Assembly (NCBI GenBank): GCA_963733195.1
Contig: CAVTCR010000064.1
Coordinates: forward strand, 21,032 to 85,031
DNA: 64,000 nucleotides
Origin: an uncultured delta proteobacterium
Lineage (GTDB): Bacteria; Desulfobacterota; Binatia; Bin18
Direction: 5' to 3'
Positions 25,507-35,641 of the stretch are shown one piece after another. The notes below the pieces were generated by a model. That model made no database searches, was not told the origin of the DNA, and saw only the letters and a program-made list of their open reading frames with translations. The position numbers and the translations under genes were made by a program. Position 1 is the first letter of the stretch. Every line of letters starts with the position of its first letter.

Positions 25507-27255
25507 CTAATCCTTCCGCCGCTCGGAAAATTCGTAGATCCCTAACGCTTCACGCCCTTGCCACACCGCCCGCGAAAGGCCGAAGGTCACATCAAGTGCG
25601 TTCCCTTGCGGAGCGTGACGGACAATAGGAATCCGCGTCAACGTTTCTCCGTCGCAATGCAACGTTAAAGGAGTAGGTGGCGTTAATGAAACATGAAACG
25701 CGCTCGGACGTCCCTCGTGTAATGTATATTGCAGTTGCCAATGCTCTGGTTGTAATGCGTGGGGCACTCCATGGTGGTAGATAACCCCGGCAGAGCGGGG
25801 TCCATCGAGTGTTTCGACCCAATAGAGGAAGACGCCCAAGTCCGGCCCGAACGGTAGTGACAGCAAACGACGCGGCAGCAACCGCCCAGTCTCTTCCGGC
25901 TTCAACAAATCAAGGAAACCCCAGGCATCGATCGTATGCCGACGGTCACGTAAGTTGACCTCACCGCATAAGTGCGCCAGGTATAAGGGTACTGGGGGTG
26001 ATGGCAATGGCACAGGCAGTGTGAGTGTCAGCGAAATCTCGGCTGGCTCAACCCACGAGGCAGCCAACCCATCTTCCAAGCGGATGAATGCTTGTGGATG
26101 AGAGAAGCGCATGACCGTACCACGGTACGAGATGGCAAAGCCTGTGGGTTGCGCTTGCCAGGTCAGCCCACCGACATGCACTCGACTCGTATCGGTCGCG
26201 CTATCATCTTCACCGGTAAACAACACCATCTCAGTGCCACCGAGAAACATCATCAGGCGGCCTGAGTGGGTCGGTTCCGCCGGATTACATTCAATGCCTC
26301 CGAGCAAACCTAACCCGCTGACAGGGTCGTGGAAGTGCAGACCCAACCGCACCAGTTCTGAGGCATGGCGGAGTGGAATTGGTGCGCCGTTGAGGTGTGC
26401 AGTGGAATGTGTCCGACGCGGTACGGTAATAGTAGAGAACTCGATAGCAGGTACACTAACGGAAGGTTTCGTCTGACCGAGAGTCTGGCAAAAGACTTCA
26501 ACAAACGTGTCGCGCGCCGGCCCTGGCCACCGTAGGCCAACGCCAAGTTCACACTGTACCGCATTCACTTTGCCGTCCACGGAGAGCTGTGCCAGCGTAC
26601 GGATCACAGGTAACGGGTCCTCGGCGAAGCGGCTACTGAAGAGCTGCATGACGTTATTCTTATCCGCTGCTGGGTAGCGTCGCCCGATGGCAACATCGAT
26701 TCCCTGCGCGACCGCCATGTTGCGAAATGACAATACTTCCTCAGCAAAGAACTGCGCGCTCAACGTTGGAGCCGCAAACTTACTTGCTGGGCCGATGGTG
26801 TTTCCCCGTTGTTTGAGCCCAACGCCAAGATCACATACTGGTTGCACCACGTTCCAACCGTGCATGAAGAAGACACGAGCCCAGCCATGCTGCGCAACGA
26901 GCGCCGAAATCAGCGCAGCAAGCGCTTCCAGAAACCACACAGCCTCTTTCCGCACCTGGCTAATACGATTTAAATCAAGTTCGTTGCGGTCGCGTGCATG
27001 GTTGATGAGAGCATAACCACTGGTGAGTCTTGTAAGTTCAGCCGTCAACTCAGCCGTGTAAAGATCGTTGACCTTAATACTATCAAGAATTGGTGCTTCG
27101 GAAGGTCGGCGTCCACCGTGCGGAGCCACAAACACGATCGGCGCATCACCGACGATATAAGTCATCCAGGACGGAATTTGGGACTCAAACGCGAATGTCA
27201 CAGTGTCAGTATAACGTTTTTGACGAAAGAAGAAATGATGAACCCGGAGTGACAA
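25507..27255 (-). CDS. Hypothetical two-domain protein, N-terminal N-formylglutamate amidohydrolase-like fold
   Basis: APHGGR, ND..T, DLNR, MHG, DLG motifs followed by a beta-rich C-terminal domain; start uncertain. Confidence 0.55.
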   Translation of the reverse strand: MSLRVHHFFFRQKRYTDTVTFAFESQIPSWMTYIVGDAPIVFVAPHGGRRPSEAPILDSIKVNDLYTAELTAELTRLTSGYALINHARDRNELDLNRISQVRKEAVWFLEALAALISALVAQHGWARVFFMHGWNVVQPVCDLGVGLKQRGNTIGPASKFAAPTLSAQFFAEEVLSFRNMAVAQGIDVAIGRRYPAADKNNVMQLFSSRFAEDPLPVIRTLAQLSVDGKVNAVQCELGVGLRWPGPARDTFVEVFCQTLGQTKPSVSVPAIEFSTITVPRRTHSTAHLNGAPIPLRHASELVRLGLHFHDPVSGLGLLGGIECNPAEPTHSGRLMMFLGGTEMVLFTGEDDSATDTSRVHVGGLTWQAQPTGFAISYRGTVMRFSHPQAFIRLEDGLAASWVEPAEISLTLTLPVPLPSPPVPLYLAHLCGEVNLRDRRHTIDAWGFLDLLKPEETGRLLPRRLLSLPFGPDLGVFLYWVETLDGPRSAGVIYHHGVPHALQPEHWQLQYTLHEGRPSAFHVSLTPPTPLTLHCDGETLTRIPIVRHAPQGNALDVTFGLSRAVWQGREALGIYEFSERRKD

Positions 27256-27470
27256 AGGGAAAAAGACGAAAGGGACGGGTGGCTTAGGCTTTGAACTGCC
27301 TCCCTGGCGCCTGTAAAGGGCAAACCAGCTATGGATAACCCTCAGGGAGAAACCGGATACCGACTTTCGTTATTCGTTCAGACTTGAGCTTTTATGGTAG
27401 GGGGGGTAAGGTACGTGGTGTAATTTCTCTTTAGTAAAGGCTAACGAGCGCACCCTACTTCGACCTTTTT

Positions 27471-28496
27471 ATGCTTCCTTCTGGCGCAACAGTATCTATT
27501 ATTGTCCCCGTGTATAACGGCGGGGAAGAATTTCAAGCCTGCCTGAGAAGCATCGCACAGGCGGTCCCTCAGCCGATGGAACTGATCGTTGTTGCCGACG
27601 GAGATACCGACGGTTCTCGCGAGGTCGCAACAACTTTTGGTGCACAAGTCATCCCTCTGCCCTCTCCCGGTGGACCGGCACGAGCCCGGAATATAGGAGC
27701 CCGCAGAGCGCAAGGCGAGATTCTCTTCTTTGTTGATGCCGATGTCACGGTCCCTCCGGATGCGGTTGCCCAGGTAACCGCAGCATTTCTCGCCGCGCCT
27801 GACGTTGTCGCGCTGTTTGGCTCCTATGACGACCAACCCGCTGCACCTAACTTTCTATCGCAGTATAAAAACCTCCTCCATCACTATGTTCATCAAACAT
27901 CGCGGGATGAAGCCTCCACGTTCTGGGGCGCATGTGGTGCGATTCGCCGTGACGTGTTCTTGCTTGTTGGCGGATTCGACGAACGGTATCGCTTCCCTTC
28001 AATTGAAGATATCGAGCTGGGATATCGCCTGAAGCGGGGGGGCTACCGCATTCGCTTAGACAAGTCCCTCCAGGTGAAGCATCTCAAACATTGGCGGGTG
28101 GCATCTTTGTTGAAGGCAGATATCTATTTTCGTGCCTTACCTTGGACTGACCTTATCTGGCGGGAGGGCGGTCTGCTCAATGATCTCAATTTAGGTTTCG
28201 CCAGTCGGGTGAGTGTTGTATGTGTCTACCTACTCATCGCTACAATCATCGGGGCAGTGTGGTGGCCACGTCTTCTTATTGTAACCGGACTGTTCATAAC
28301 AACGTTATTAGCAAGCAATGCGCCTCTCTATCAATTCTTTCTGCAAAAGCGCGGAGTGTGGTTTACGCTCTGCGTGCTCCCGTGGCACTGGCTTTATTAC
28401 GGCTATAGTGGTTTAGCCTTTGTCGTCGGCAGCATGAAACACTTCGTGAAACATTATGGGCGGAGTCAACAACGAACGACTGTCACCGACACATAG
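27471..28496 (+). CDS. Glycosyltransferase family 2 with C-terminal TM helices
   Basis: SIIVPVYN, DG.TD, GPARARN.G, FVDAD, GGFDE, IEDIELGYRL. Confidence 0.9.
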   Translation: MLPSGATVSIIVPVYNGGEEFQACLRSIAQAVPQPMELIVVADGDTDGSREVATTFGAQVIPLPSPGGPARARNIGARRAQGEILFFVDADVTVPPDAVAQVTAAFLAAPDVVALFGSYDDQPAAPNFLSQYKNLLHHYVHQTSRDEASTFWGACGAIRRDVFLLVGGFDERYRFPSIEDIELGYRLKRGGYRIRLDKSLQVKHLKHWRVASLLKADIYFRALPWTDLIWREGGLLNDLNLGFASRVSVVCVYLLIATIIGAVWWPRLLIVTGLFITTLLASNAPLYQFFLQKRGVWFTLCVLPWHWLYYGYSGLAFVVGSMKHFVKHYGRSQQRTTVTDT

Positions 28497-28533
28497 TGCG
28501 ACATAGGCACAGAATCGGGTGAGAATAGAAGAC

Positions 28534-30375
28534 ATGAGCCAATCCCCAGTCATCATTATCGGTGCTGGTCCTGCGGGACTGACTGCCGCATACGAGCTAG
28601 GAAAGTCAGGGGTACGCTCGGTCGTTGTGGAATCCGATACTCAAGTTGGTGGGCTTTCTCGAACGGTGAATTACCGTAACTTCCGATTCGACATTGGCGG
28701 GCACCGATTCTTCTCGAAGATTCCGCAGATCAATACAATTTGGCAGGAGATTTTAGGCGAAGAATTTCTGGTTCGCCCTCGTCTGTCGCGTATTTATTAT
28801 GGGGATCGCTTCTTTGATTACCCGTTGAAGGCACTCAATGCCTTGGCTGGACTAGGGCCTATCGAGGCGTTCTTGGTCGGCCTTAGTTATATGAAAGCGC
28901 GACTATTTCCCCATGAACAGGAAACCAACTTCGAGCAGTGGGTCTCGAATCGTTTTGGTCAACGGCTCTACGAAATCTTCTTTAAGACCTACACCGAAAA
29001 AGTGTGGGGAATGCCGTGCAATGAAATCTCCGCAGAGTGGGCCTCACAGCGCATCAAAAATCTCTCGCTCAGTGAAGCGGTTCGCAATGCACTGTTCAGT
29101 AATGGTCGAGCAATAGACGGGCAGGTCATCACCACGCTGATAGATTCTTTTCATTATCCGCGTCTCGGGCCTGGTATGATGTGGGAACGGTGCGAAGAGC
29201 TTCTACAAACACAAAATTCGCCGATTCTGCGTGGCGTACATGTCGAGCGGATTCACCACCAGCATGGACGGGTTGAACGCGTTGTCGGGCGAACACAGAC
29301 TGGCGAACGGACTGAATATTCTGGGGCACATTTCATCTCTACCATGCCGCTACGCGAACTGATCTTTGCTCTTGACCCAGCTCCACCGCAGGCCGTCCTG
29401 CACGCGGCGCGGCAACTTCGCTATCGCGACTACTTGACCGTTGTTCTGATCGTTAAACGTGCGGATGTTTTTCCGGACAACTGGATCTATATCCACTCAC
29501 CAGACGTGAAACTGGGACGCATACAGAACTACAAAAACTGGAGTCCGGCTATGGTACCGGACTCGACGCGAACTTCCCTCGGCTTAGAGTATTTCCTCTG
29601 GGACCAGGATGAAGAATGGAATTGGCCAGACGAACGTCTCATCTCCGTCGGTATTCGCGAGTGCAGTCGGCTTGGTTTGATTACCCCAGCAGAGGTTGAG
29701 GACGGTACAGTGGTACGTATGCCGAAAGCGTATCCAGTGTACGATCAAGGGTATCAAGACAATCTCGCAACGATCCGTCAGTATCTTGCTACATTGTCGA
29801 ACCTGCAAACGATCGGACGGAACGGCCTCCACCGCTACAATAATCAGGATCACTCAATGCTGACTGGGGTGTATGCTGCCCTCAACGTGTTAGGTGAGCA
29901 ACATGACGTCTGGTCCGTCAATACCGAAATGGAGTACCACGAAGAGATACGTAGCCAAACAGCAGAAGTGGGACCCTCTGATCGTGGGACGCCAGTGCGT
30001 CTTACAAAGGAAGAGCCCAGAGAAGCGTCCGTTGAAGCAGTAATCGCCGAGGCATTTGCGAAGCTTGACCCAGTAGCATTCGGGATTGCCATTGGCGTGG
30101 TAAGCAGCCTCGTTCTTCTTCTCGTAACCTCGGTGCTCCTGCTTAAAGGAGGATCGGTTATCGGCCCGACCCTGTCACTATTGGGCCAATATCTCCCTGG
30201 CTACTCTGTTACCTGGACAGGCCTGGGGCTCGGTCTTATTGAAATCGGCGGCGGTGGGTTTGTCTTTGGCTATTGCGTAGCGTGGCTACGCAATTGGGGA
30301 ATGACCGTTTATGCCGCTCTCCTTCGACGACGAGCGCAGGCAGCAGCACAGCGCACCCTGTTGGACAAAGTATAA
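28534..30375 (+). CDS. FAD-dependent oxidoreductase (HemY/UDP-galactopyranose mutase-like) with fused C-terminal membrane domain
   Basis: GAGPAGL, FDIGGHRFFSK, F.YPRLGPG, AYPVYD, GRNG.HRYNNQDHSM; hydrophobic tail. Confidence 0.82.
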   Translation: MSQSPVIIIGAGPAGLTAAYELGKSGVRSVVVESDTQVGGLSRTVNYRNFRFDIGGHRFFSKIPQINTIWQEILGEEFLVRPRLSRIYYGDRFFDYPLKALNALAGLGPIEAFLVGLSYMKARLFPHEQETNFEQWVSNRFGQRLYEIFFKTYTEKVWGMPCNEISAEWASQRIKNLSLSEAVRNALFSNGRAIDGQVITTLIDSFHYPRLGPGMMWERCEELLQTQNSPILRGVHVERIHHQHGRVERVVGRTQTGERTEYSGAHFISTMPLRELIFALDPAPPQAVLHAARQLRYRDYLTVVLIVKRADVFPDNWIYIHSPDVKLGRIQNYKNWSPAMVPDSTRTSLGLEYFLWDQDEEWNWPDERLISVGIRECSRLGLITPAEVEDGTVVRMPKAYPVYDQGYQDNLATIRQYLATLSNLQTIGRNGLHRYNNQDHSMLTGVYAALNVLGEQHDVWSVNTEMEYHEEIRSQTAEVGPSDRGTPVRLTKEEPREASVEAVIAEAFAKLDPVAFGIAIGVVSSLVLLLVTSVLLLKGGSVIGPTLSLLGQYLPGYSVTWTGLGLGLIEIGGGGFVFGYCVAWLRNWGMTVYAALLRRRAQAAAQRTLLDKV

Positions 30376-30399
30376 CTTTCTGTCACAATAGGTATCGCC

Positions 30400-30693
30400 A
30401 TGACAAACGAGGTAAGTGAAGCAATCGCTCGTATTCAGGCTAGTGTGCTCGCACTTGTTGGCGCACTGATTGGTGGCGTTGGGTTATTTCTTATGACGGC
30501 CTGGCTGTTGCTCAAAGGTGGAGTTTGGGTTGGGCCACATTTAGAGTTACTCGGGCAATACTTCATTGGCTACTCAGTGACATGGCTCGGTAGTATCGTC
30601 GGGCTTTTTTACGGTGCTATCACTGGTGGTGTGCTCGGCTGGTCGATCGCCTGGATCTACAACTGGGTTCTTCGTCAGCGGCACCCTATGTAG
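30400..30693 (+). CDS. Small membrane protein, paralogous to the C-terminal domain of the upstream oxidoreductase
   Basis: Shared LLLKGG..GP.L.LLGQY..GYSVTW.G motif. Confidence 0.75.
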   Translation: MTNEVSEAIARIQASVLALVGALIGGVGLFLMTAWLLLKGGVWVGPHLELLGQYFIGYSVTWLGSIVGLFYGAITGGVLGWSIAWIYNWVLRQRHPM

Positions 30694-30905
30694 AACAGGG
30701 CGATACATAATGCCGCACGCTTCAAAGCGAAACTGGGCGCCCAGATTCTCGAACTGCACGTTCTGGTTGAACTCTTCAGACAGTGGCGGATTCATCGGGT
30801 CTTCCGTCGCTACCGAAGCTAAAGACAAAAGTAACCATCCCCTCTATTCACAATAGTTCTCTTCGGGCATGCTCACAGATCACAAACAGTAGCAAGGAGG
30901 GAGCT

Positions 30906-31295
30906 ATGGCAACCGCGATTCTTTGTACAGCACTGCTTGGGTTGTTGGTGTTCGTGCTTGGTTTTGCTGTTTCCATGACACGCGGGAGTACGAAGACCGT
31001 ATCGGGCTACAACCCCGATCCTGCCGATCATCTTTACAAATTGGTTCGCGCACACGGCAACACCATCGAGTATGCACCAATGCTTGCGATTTTGATGTTG
31101 CTGATCGGCGCACGCGAACATTCTTCGTGGATGCTATGGACAATGTGGATTGCCACTGTGAGCCGCTATCTCATCGCGATCGGGATTGTTGTCTCACCGA
31201 CGCTCGACAAACCACATCCGCTTCGATTCGCAGGCGCGTTGGGAACATACCTGAGCGGGATTGCTCTGTGCATAGCTGCGTTTTTGGTCATATAA
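30906..31295 (+). CDS. MAPEG family membrane protein
   Basis: VRAHGNTIEYAP, four TMs, AAGGAGG RBS. Confidence 0.85.
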   Translation: MATAILCTALLGLLVFVLGFAVSMTRGSTKTVSGYNPDPADHLYKLVRAHGNTIEYAPMLAILMLLIGAREHSSWMLWTMWIATVSRYLIAIGIVVSPTLDKPHPLRFAGALGTYLSGIALCIAAFLVI

Positions 31296-31302
31296 GACTA
31301 CA

Positions 31303-33444
31303 TTATAGTCTCTGTGCCCGGATATGTCGTTGATAGATTTTTGGCAGTTCACGAGGTAAAGACAGGAGATCTTCAATGACCATATACCGCGACGAAGCAC
31401 ACATCTCACGCAAATAATCGTGCCCACCTATATCAACTGTGAGACAAAACGGCACAATACCGCTCCGTTCTGCTTCGCGGAATGCCATCCTCGTATCTCG
31501 TAGACCATAGGTTGGCGGAACGACCGGCTTTCCGTACCCGGCATCTTCAGGGTAGCCGTCACTGAGTAACACAAGAAGTTTTGTTCGACTTGAGAGAGCC
31601 TTCAGTCTGCGGGTGGCGTGACGGACCGCGGTCCCTATTCGTGTTCCACCCCGTGGGGTCAGCCCACCAATGCGTCCTTGGACTTCGACTGACAACGGAT
31701 CACGAAAAGTTTTCACCGGATACACTTCTACGTCGTAGCGACCGTTGCTGGAAAAGCCATAGATCGCATACGTATCACCGATCTCCTCCAAAGCGACAGC
31801 GAGGAGTGTCACTGCTTCCTTGACGACGTTGATGATTGCCGGGTTGTTCTGCTGAACTGCTATAGTCGCGGTTGCCGTTTCATCAACAACCTGCTCAGCT
31901 GTTGATGCGCTTAGGTCCAGCAGCAGTAAGACGGCAACATCGCGCTCAATCATCTGTCGAGCCGAATACAATTTTGTTGAGGGGGAATTACCGATGAGTC
32001 GATCAACTCGCGCCGCAACTGTGGCATTGAGGTCGATCTCTTCACCATCTTCCAAGCCTTTGATCTGGTGATACATGCGTGGGCGTAAACGTTGAAACTC
32101 ACGCTTGATCTCTTGGGTCAGCTCGGTGTAGGTCATAAGGGTTTTGGAGAAGAACGCACCTTCATCATCTTGTAGCGTAACCTCCCGAAGCTCACACCAA
32201 TGGGGACGATAATCATCAATCTCATAGTCCCATTCGTCGTACACATACCGCAGATCGGCTGTAGTGAGGGCTCGACGGCGACGTTCAGCCTGGGTTTCAT
32301 CGCTCGGCGAAAGCCCCTCTGCTTCGCCGTCGAGTTCGCTGCCAGTGAGAAATCCGGTTGTGTCTTCCTCACCAAACCCACTGCCTTCAAACTGAGAGTT
32401 ATCCTGAGAAGCAGAAGGGAGTCGTGACTCGTCACCTAAGAATTCGACGTACAACTTGGTTGCCAGTATCATCGAATGTGAGACTGAGCCGCTTGTTGCA
32501 AGATTCCTCCACACGGAGTCAGAAAGCTGCGCTATAATAACCGCGACTTCAGGCCGCAAGAGGCTGGTAAGAGTTTCTGCCCATGTCAGGTCTGCTCGTA
32601 ATCCCGGATACAGTGCAATGAGGCGTGGAGCGATGCGTTTCCCCTCGATCGCGAGAAAAAGCCCTTCAATGAGATCGGGGCGAGGAAAAAGCTGGAAGTA
32701 AGAAGTGAAACCATCCGAGGGAGGAACGGCTGAGCGATTCACCCTCTGTATAAGGGGAGAGAGAGTCAACCACAGTGCAGACGGTGAACAGGTGTAGGTG
32801 CCAAACTCTACCCGTCCAGCGTGATGCGCCACGAGAACTCGATAGAGCCGGAAATTCTCCTCATAGGTTGCGAAGCGTTCGACACAGAACGGCAGGGGCA
32901 TCAGAATCTCGTGTTCTAGAGCCAAAGGAGGGGGGAAAGAAACCGTGTCGACCTCGGTGAGGGCTACCGTCACACCACTCAACATGTGAAGAAATTTGAG
33001 CAGCAACCCCTGAACATCACTGAGATACACAGCTGGGGATACACCACGAAGCGCCAATAGGCTGGTGCGCGATCGTAACGCGAAGAATGCCGTCCCTGCC
33101 TCGGAATTGCGGCAGCCGACAGACTCACCTATCGCAATCCATTCTAAGGTGCGCTTCTCACCTCCCTCGTCGAACACCCGTCCAAGTGTACGAAAGAGTG
33201 GAACGATGCCAGCCGGAAAAACCTGCGAGAGTTGTGCGACTCGTTCAAGTACGTTGACGCAACTCTCGGGTGGCAGCATACGAAGCGTAGGGCCAATGAG
33301 AGGAAGAACGCCAGGCAGCGATCGATGGTCGAACTCCGCCGCAACAGAAAGACTACGCTCTAAGAACAATCGCGAGGTAGGCGCGAACTGATCGAGAAGA
33401 TCCGACAACCGTTGGCGCTCAGCCTCGGCTAAGAGTGACAGCAT
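31303..33444 (-). CDS. NorD/CbbO-like VWA domain protein
   Basis: YDEWDY..DY..WC, DGEEIDL, MIDAS DLSAST, TRIG.AVRHA, LSDGYP. Confidence 0.82.
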   Translation of the reverse strand: MLSLLAEAERQRLSDLLDQFAPTSRLFLERSLSVAAEFDHRSLPGVLPLIGPTLRMLPPESCVNVLERVAQLSQVFPAGIVPLFRTLGRVFDEGGEKRTLEWIAIGESVGCRNSEAGTAFFALRSRTSLLALRGVSPAVYLSDVQGLLLKFLHMLSGVTVALTEVDTVSFPPPLALEHEILMPLPFCVERFATYEENFRLYRVLVAHHAGRVEFGTYTCSPSALWLTLSPLIQRVNRSAVPPSDGFTSYFQLFPRPDLIEGLFLAIEGKRIAPRLIALYPGLRADLTWAETLTSLLRPEVAVIIAQLSDSVWRNLATSGSVSHSMILATKLYVEFLGDESRLPSASQDNSQFEGSGFGEEDTTGFLTGSELDGEAEGLSPSDETQAERRRRALTTADLRYVYDEWDYEIDDYRPHWCELREVTLQDDEGAFFSKTLMTYTELTQEIKREFQRLRPRMYHQIKGLEDGEEIDLNATVAARVDRLIGNSPSTKLYSARQMIERDVAVLLLLDLSASTAEQVVDETATATIAVQQNNPAIINVVKEAVTLLAVALEEIGDTYAIYGFSSNGRYDVEVYPVKTFRDPLSVEVQGRIGGLTPRGGTRIGTAVRHATRRLKALSSRTKLLVLLSDGYPEDAGYGKPVVPPTYGLRDTRMAFREAERSGIVPFCLTVDIGGHDYLREMCASSRYMVIEDLLSLPRELPKIYQRHIRAQRL

Positions 33445-33445
33445 C

Positions 33446-34318
33446 TTATGTTAACTTTGCAGGACGGGACGTTGATGCTTCACCGGTACTCCCTCGATTG
33501 ATCGTGCTTTTCTTGGCTCGGGCTTCTTGAGCGAAACCGAAACGTCGCCACATATCTGGCCCGATTGCGGTGAGTCCACCATCAACTACCAGCGCTTCAC
33601 CAGTGACAAATCGAGAATCCTCACTAGCAAGAAATAGTGCCGCGCCAGCAATATCGTCCCCTACGCCATGATCGGGCCAGGGCTGAAAGGTATCAAGTCC
33701 TTTTGCCGCGGCCTCAGGATTGCCTTGATCCGTCAGTCCCGTCAAAATTGCGCCCGGACAAATGGCGTTAACGCGAATGCGATCAGGAGCCAGTTGGACG
33801 GCTGAAGCTTTCGTCAGATTGATGACCGCAGCTTTGGCAGCGGAATACACGAGCGGTCCAGAACCTCCACTCAAACCAGCCGTAGAGGCAGTATTGATAA
33901 TCACTCCACCTTGCCCCTGCTTCTTCATCACACGCGCTGCGTGTTTGATTCCGAGAAACACACCTTTGGTGAGCACATCAAACGTGTAGTCCCACTCTTC
34001 TTCGGTGATGTCCCACACTGGCCCAATCGCACCACCCACACCGGCATTGTTGAAGACAATGTCGAGCCGACCAAATTGTGAGGTCGCACAGTCAATCATC
34101 GCCATGATGTCCGCCTCTTTCGCTACATCAGTACGAATGAAGCGGACGTTATTCGCTTGCCCAGCATTCTTTGCTTGCGTTAACGTCTCTTGCCCTGACT
34201 TCTCATTATAATCGGCAACGACAACTTTTGCTCCTTCGGCAAGAAACCGCATAACGGTAGCGCGTCCCATACCGCTTGCACCTCCAGTAATAACCGCAAC
34301 TTTTCCTGCTAGTCTCAT
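33446..34318 (-). CDS. Short-chain dehydrogenase/reductase
   Basis: TGGASGMG, NNAG, YSAAK, VTG..LVVDGG. Confidence 0.92.
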   Translation of the reverse strand: MRLAGKVAVITGGASGMGRATVMRFLAEGAKVVVADYNEKSGQETLTQAKNAGQANNVRFIRTDVAKEADIMAMIDCATSQFGRLDIVFNNAGVGGAIGPVWDITEEEWDYTFDVLTKGVFLGIKHAARVMKKQGQGGVIINTASTAGLSGGSGPLVYSAAKAAVINLTKASAVQLAPDRIRVNAICPGAILTGLTDQGNPEAAAKGLDTFQPWPDHGVGDDIAGAALFLASEDSRFVTGEALVVDGGLTAIGPDMWRRFGFAQEARAKKSTINRGSTGEASTSRPAKLT

Positions 34319-34458
34319 GAGCAAACTCCTCTCGCATTTTCGTAACCGTGCTCAACATGTCAGCTTTTCCCTACCGGCGGCAAGAGCCGCTGCCCGCCCT
34401 AGCTTGAGAGCCATAGCAAAATCTCATAAGTATCTCCAGCAGAAAGGAGGATAACGTC

Positions 34459-35517
34459 ATGATGCACTATGTCTATGCCGGAGCAGCACCGTGGAGTGGA
34501 GCGAGTCCAACCGATCAGCCTGGTGGCCTTTTCCGCCAGGTGGTTGGGAGCCACGAATGGCAGCATTTAAATAACGGGCTCCCAGAAAAAGCAGAGATCC
34601 GTGCGATTGCTATCCATCCACAGAATTCACAGATTGTCTATATCGGCACGCAAGATGGCCCCTATCGTAGTAGCGACAGTGGCGATCATTGGGAGCGGTT
34701 GAATCTTCCAGATTCTAGGATGGTGATCTGGTCGATTCTCTTTCATCCACAGAACCCGCAGACGCTGTACCTGGGTGCCGCACCACCGGCGATCTATCGC
34801 AGCGACAACGGTGGAGATAGTTGGCGGCGATTACCCATCATCGAACCTGCAGGAATGGTGAAGATGGGCTTTCCGTGTCGAGTCATACGTATGACAGTAG
34901 ACCCAAGCAATCCGAACGAGCTGTATGCTGGACTCGAGGTCGGTGGTGTGATTCGCAGCCTTGATGGCGGCGAAACCTGGAATGATTGTACAAAAGAGTT
35001 ACTCAAATTCACTGAGCAGGATCATCTCAAAAGCCAACTCGTCAGTGATACTCAAACTGAAGGGATGATGGATTCACATGCCCTCAGTGTGAGTGCAGCA
35101 CGACCAGGCACCGTGTTCCTCGCTACCCGTATGGGCCTCTTCTGTAGCCCTGATCGCGGAGAAACGTGGCAGGAAATGGAGATTTGGCGACATTCACCCT
35201 TGTCCTATGCACGTGATATTCAAGTCGCGCCACATGATCCCACCATGCTCTACGCCGCACTGAGTCCTGCCGCAATGAGCAATGCAGGTTCACTCTATCG
35301 TAGTCAGGATCTTGGACAGAACTGGCAGCGCTTTGATCACGATGTGACCGTGAAGAGCACAATGATGACGGTTGCGCTGAGTCCGAGAGACGCCAAGGTT
35401 GTGTACTGCGCTACGCGCAAGGGTCAAGTGCTTGGCACTCAGGATGGGGGAAAAACTTGGGCTGAGTATCCACTCCCGGCAGCGAAGCAGGATGTGTATG
35501 CGTTGGCTTGTACCTAA
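34459..35517 (+). CDS. BNR/Asp-box beta-propeller protein
   Basis: Repeated S.D.G.(T/S)W Asp-box motifs. Confidence 0.8.
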   Translation: MMHYVYAGAAPWSGASPTDQPGGLFRQVVGSHEWQHLNNGLPEKAEIRAIAIHPQNSQIVYIGTQDGPYRSSDSGDHWERLNLPDSRMVIWSILFHPQNPQTLYLGAAPPAIYRSDNGGDSWRRLPIIEPAGMVKMGFPCRVIRMTVDPSNPNELYAGLEVGGVIRSLDGGETWNDCTKELLKFTEQDHLKSQLVSDTQTEGMMDSHALSVSAARPGTVFLATRMGLFCSPDRGETWQEMEIWRHSPLSYARDIQVAPHDPTMLYAALSPAAMSNAGSLYRSQDLGQNWQRFDHDVTVKSTMMTVALSPRDAKVVYCATRKGQVLGTQDGGKTWAEYPLPAAKQDVYALACT

Positions 35518-35605
35518 TGTTCCGTCGCATTGATTTTACTGGGCTTGAGTTGTTCCTGTAGTGCCCCCTCACCTCACCAAATCTTTTGCGCTGAAATACT
35601 AGTTC

Positions 35606-35630
35606 GTCGGGGCGCGGCATGCCGCGCCTC
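35606..35630 (+). repeat. REP-like palindrome
   Basis: GTCGGGGCGCGGCATGCCGCGCCTC between convergent genes. Confidence 0.5.
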
Positions 35631-35641
35631 TTCTCGACTTC

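Noticed and set aside
27310-27370. c-di-GMP-I riboswitch (GGGCAAACC)
   Set aside because: Lacks the GNRA/receptor and GACGCAAAGCC elements
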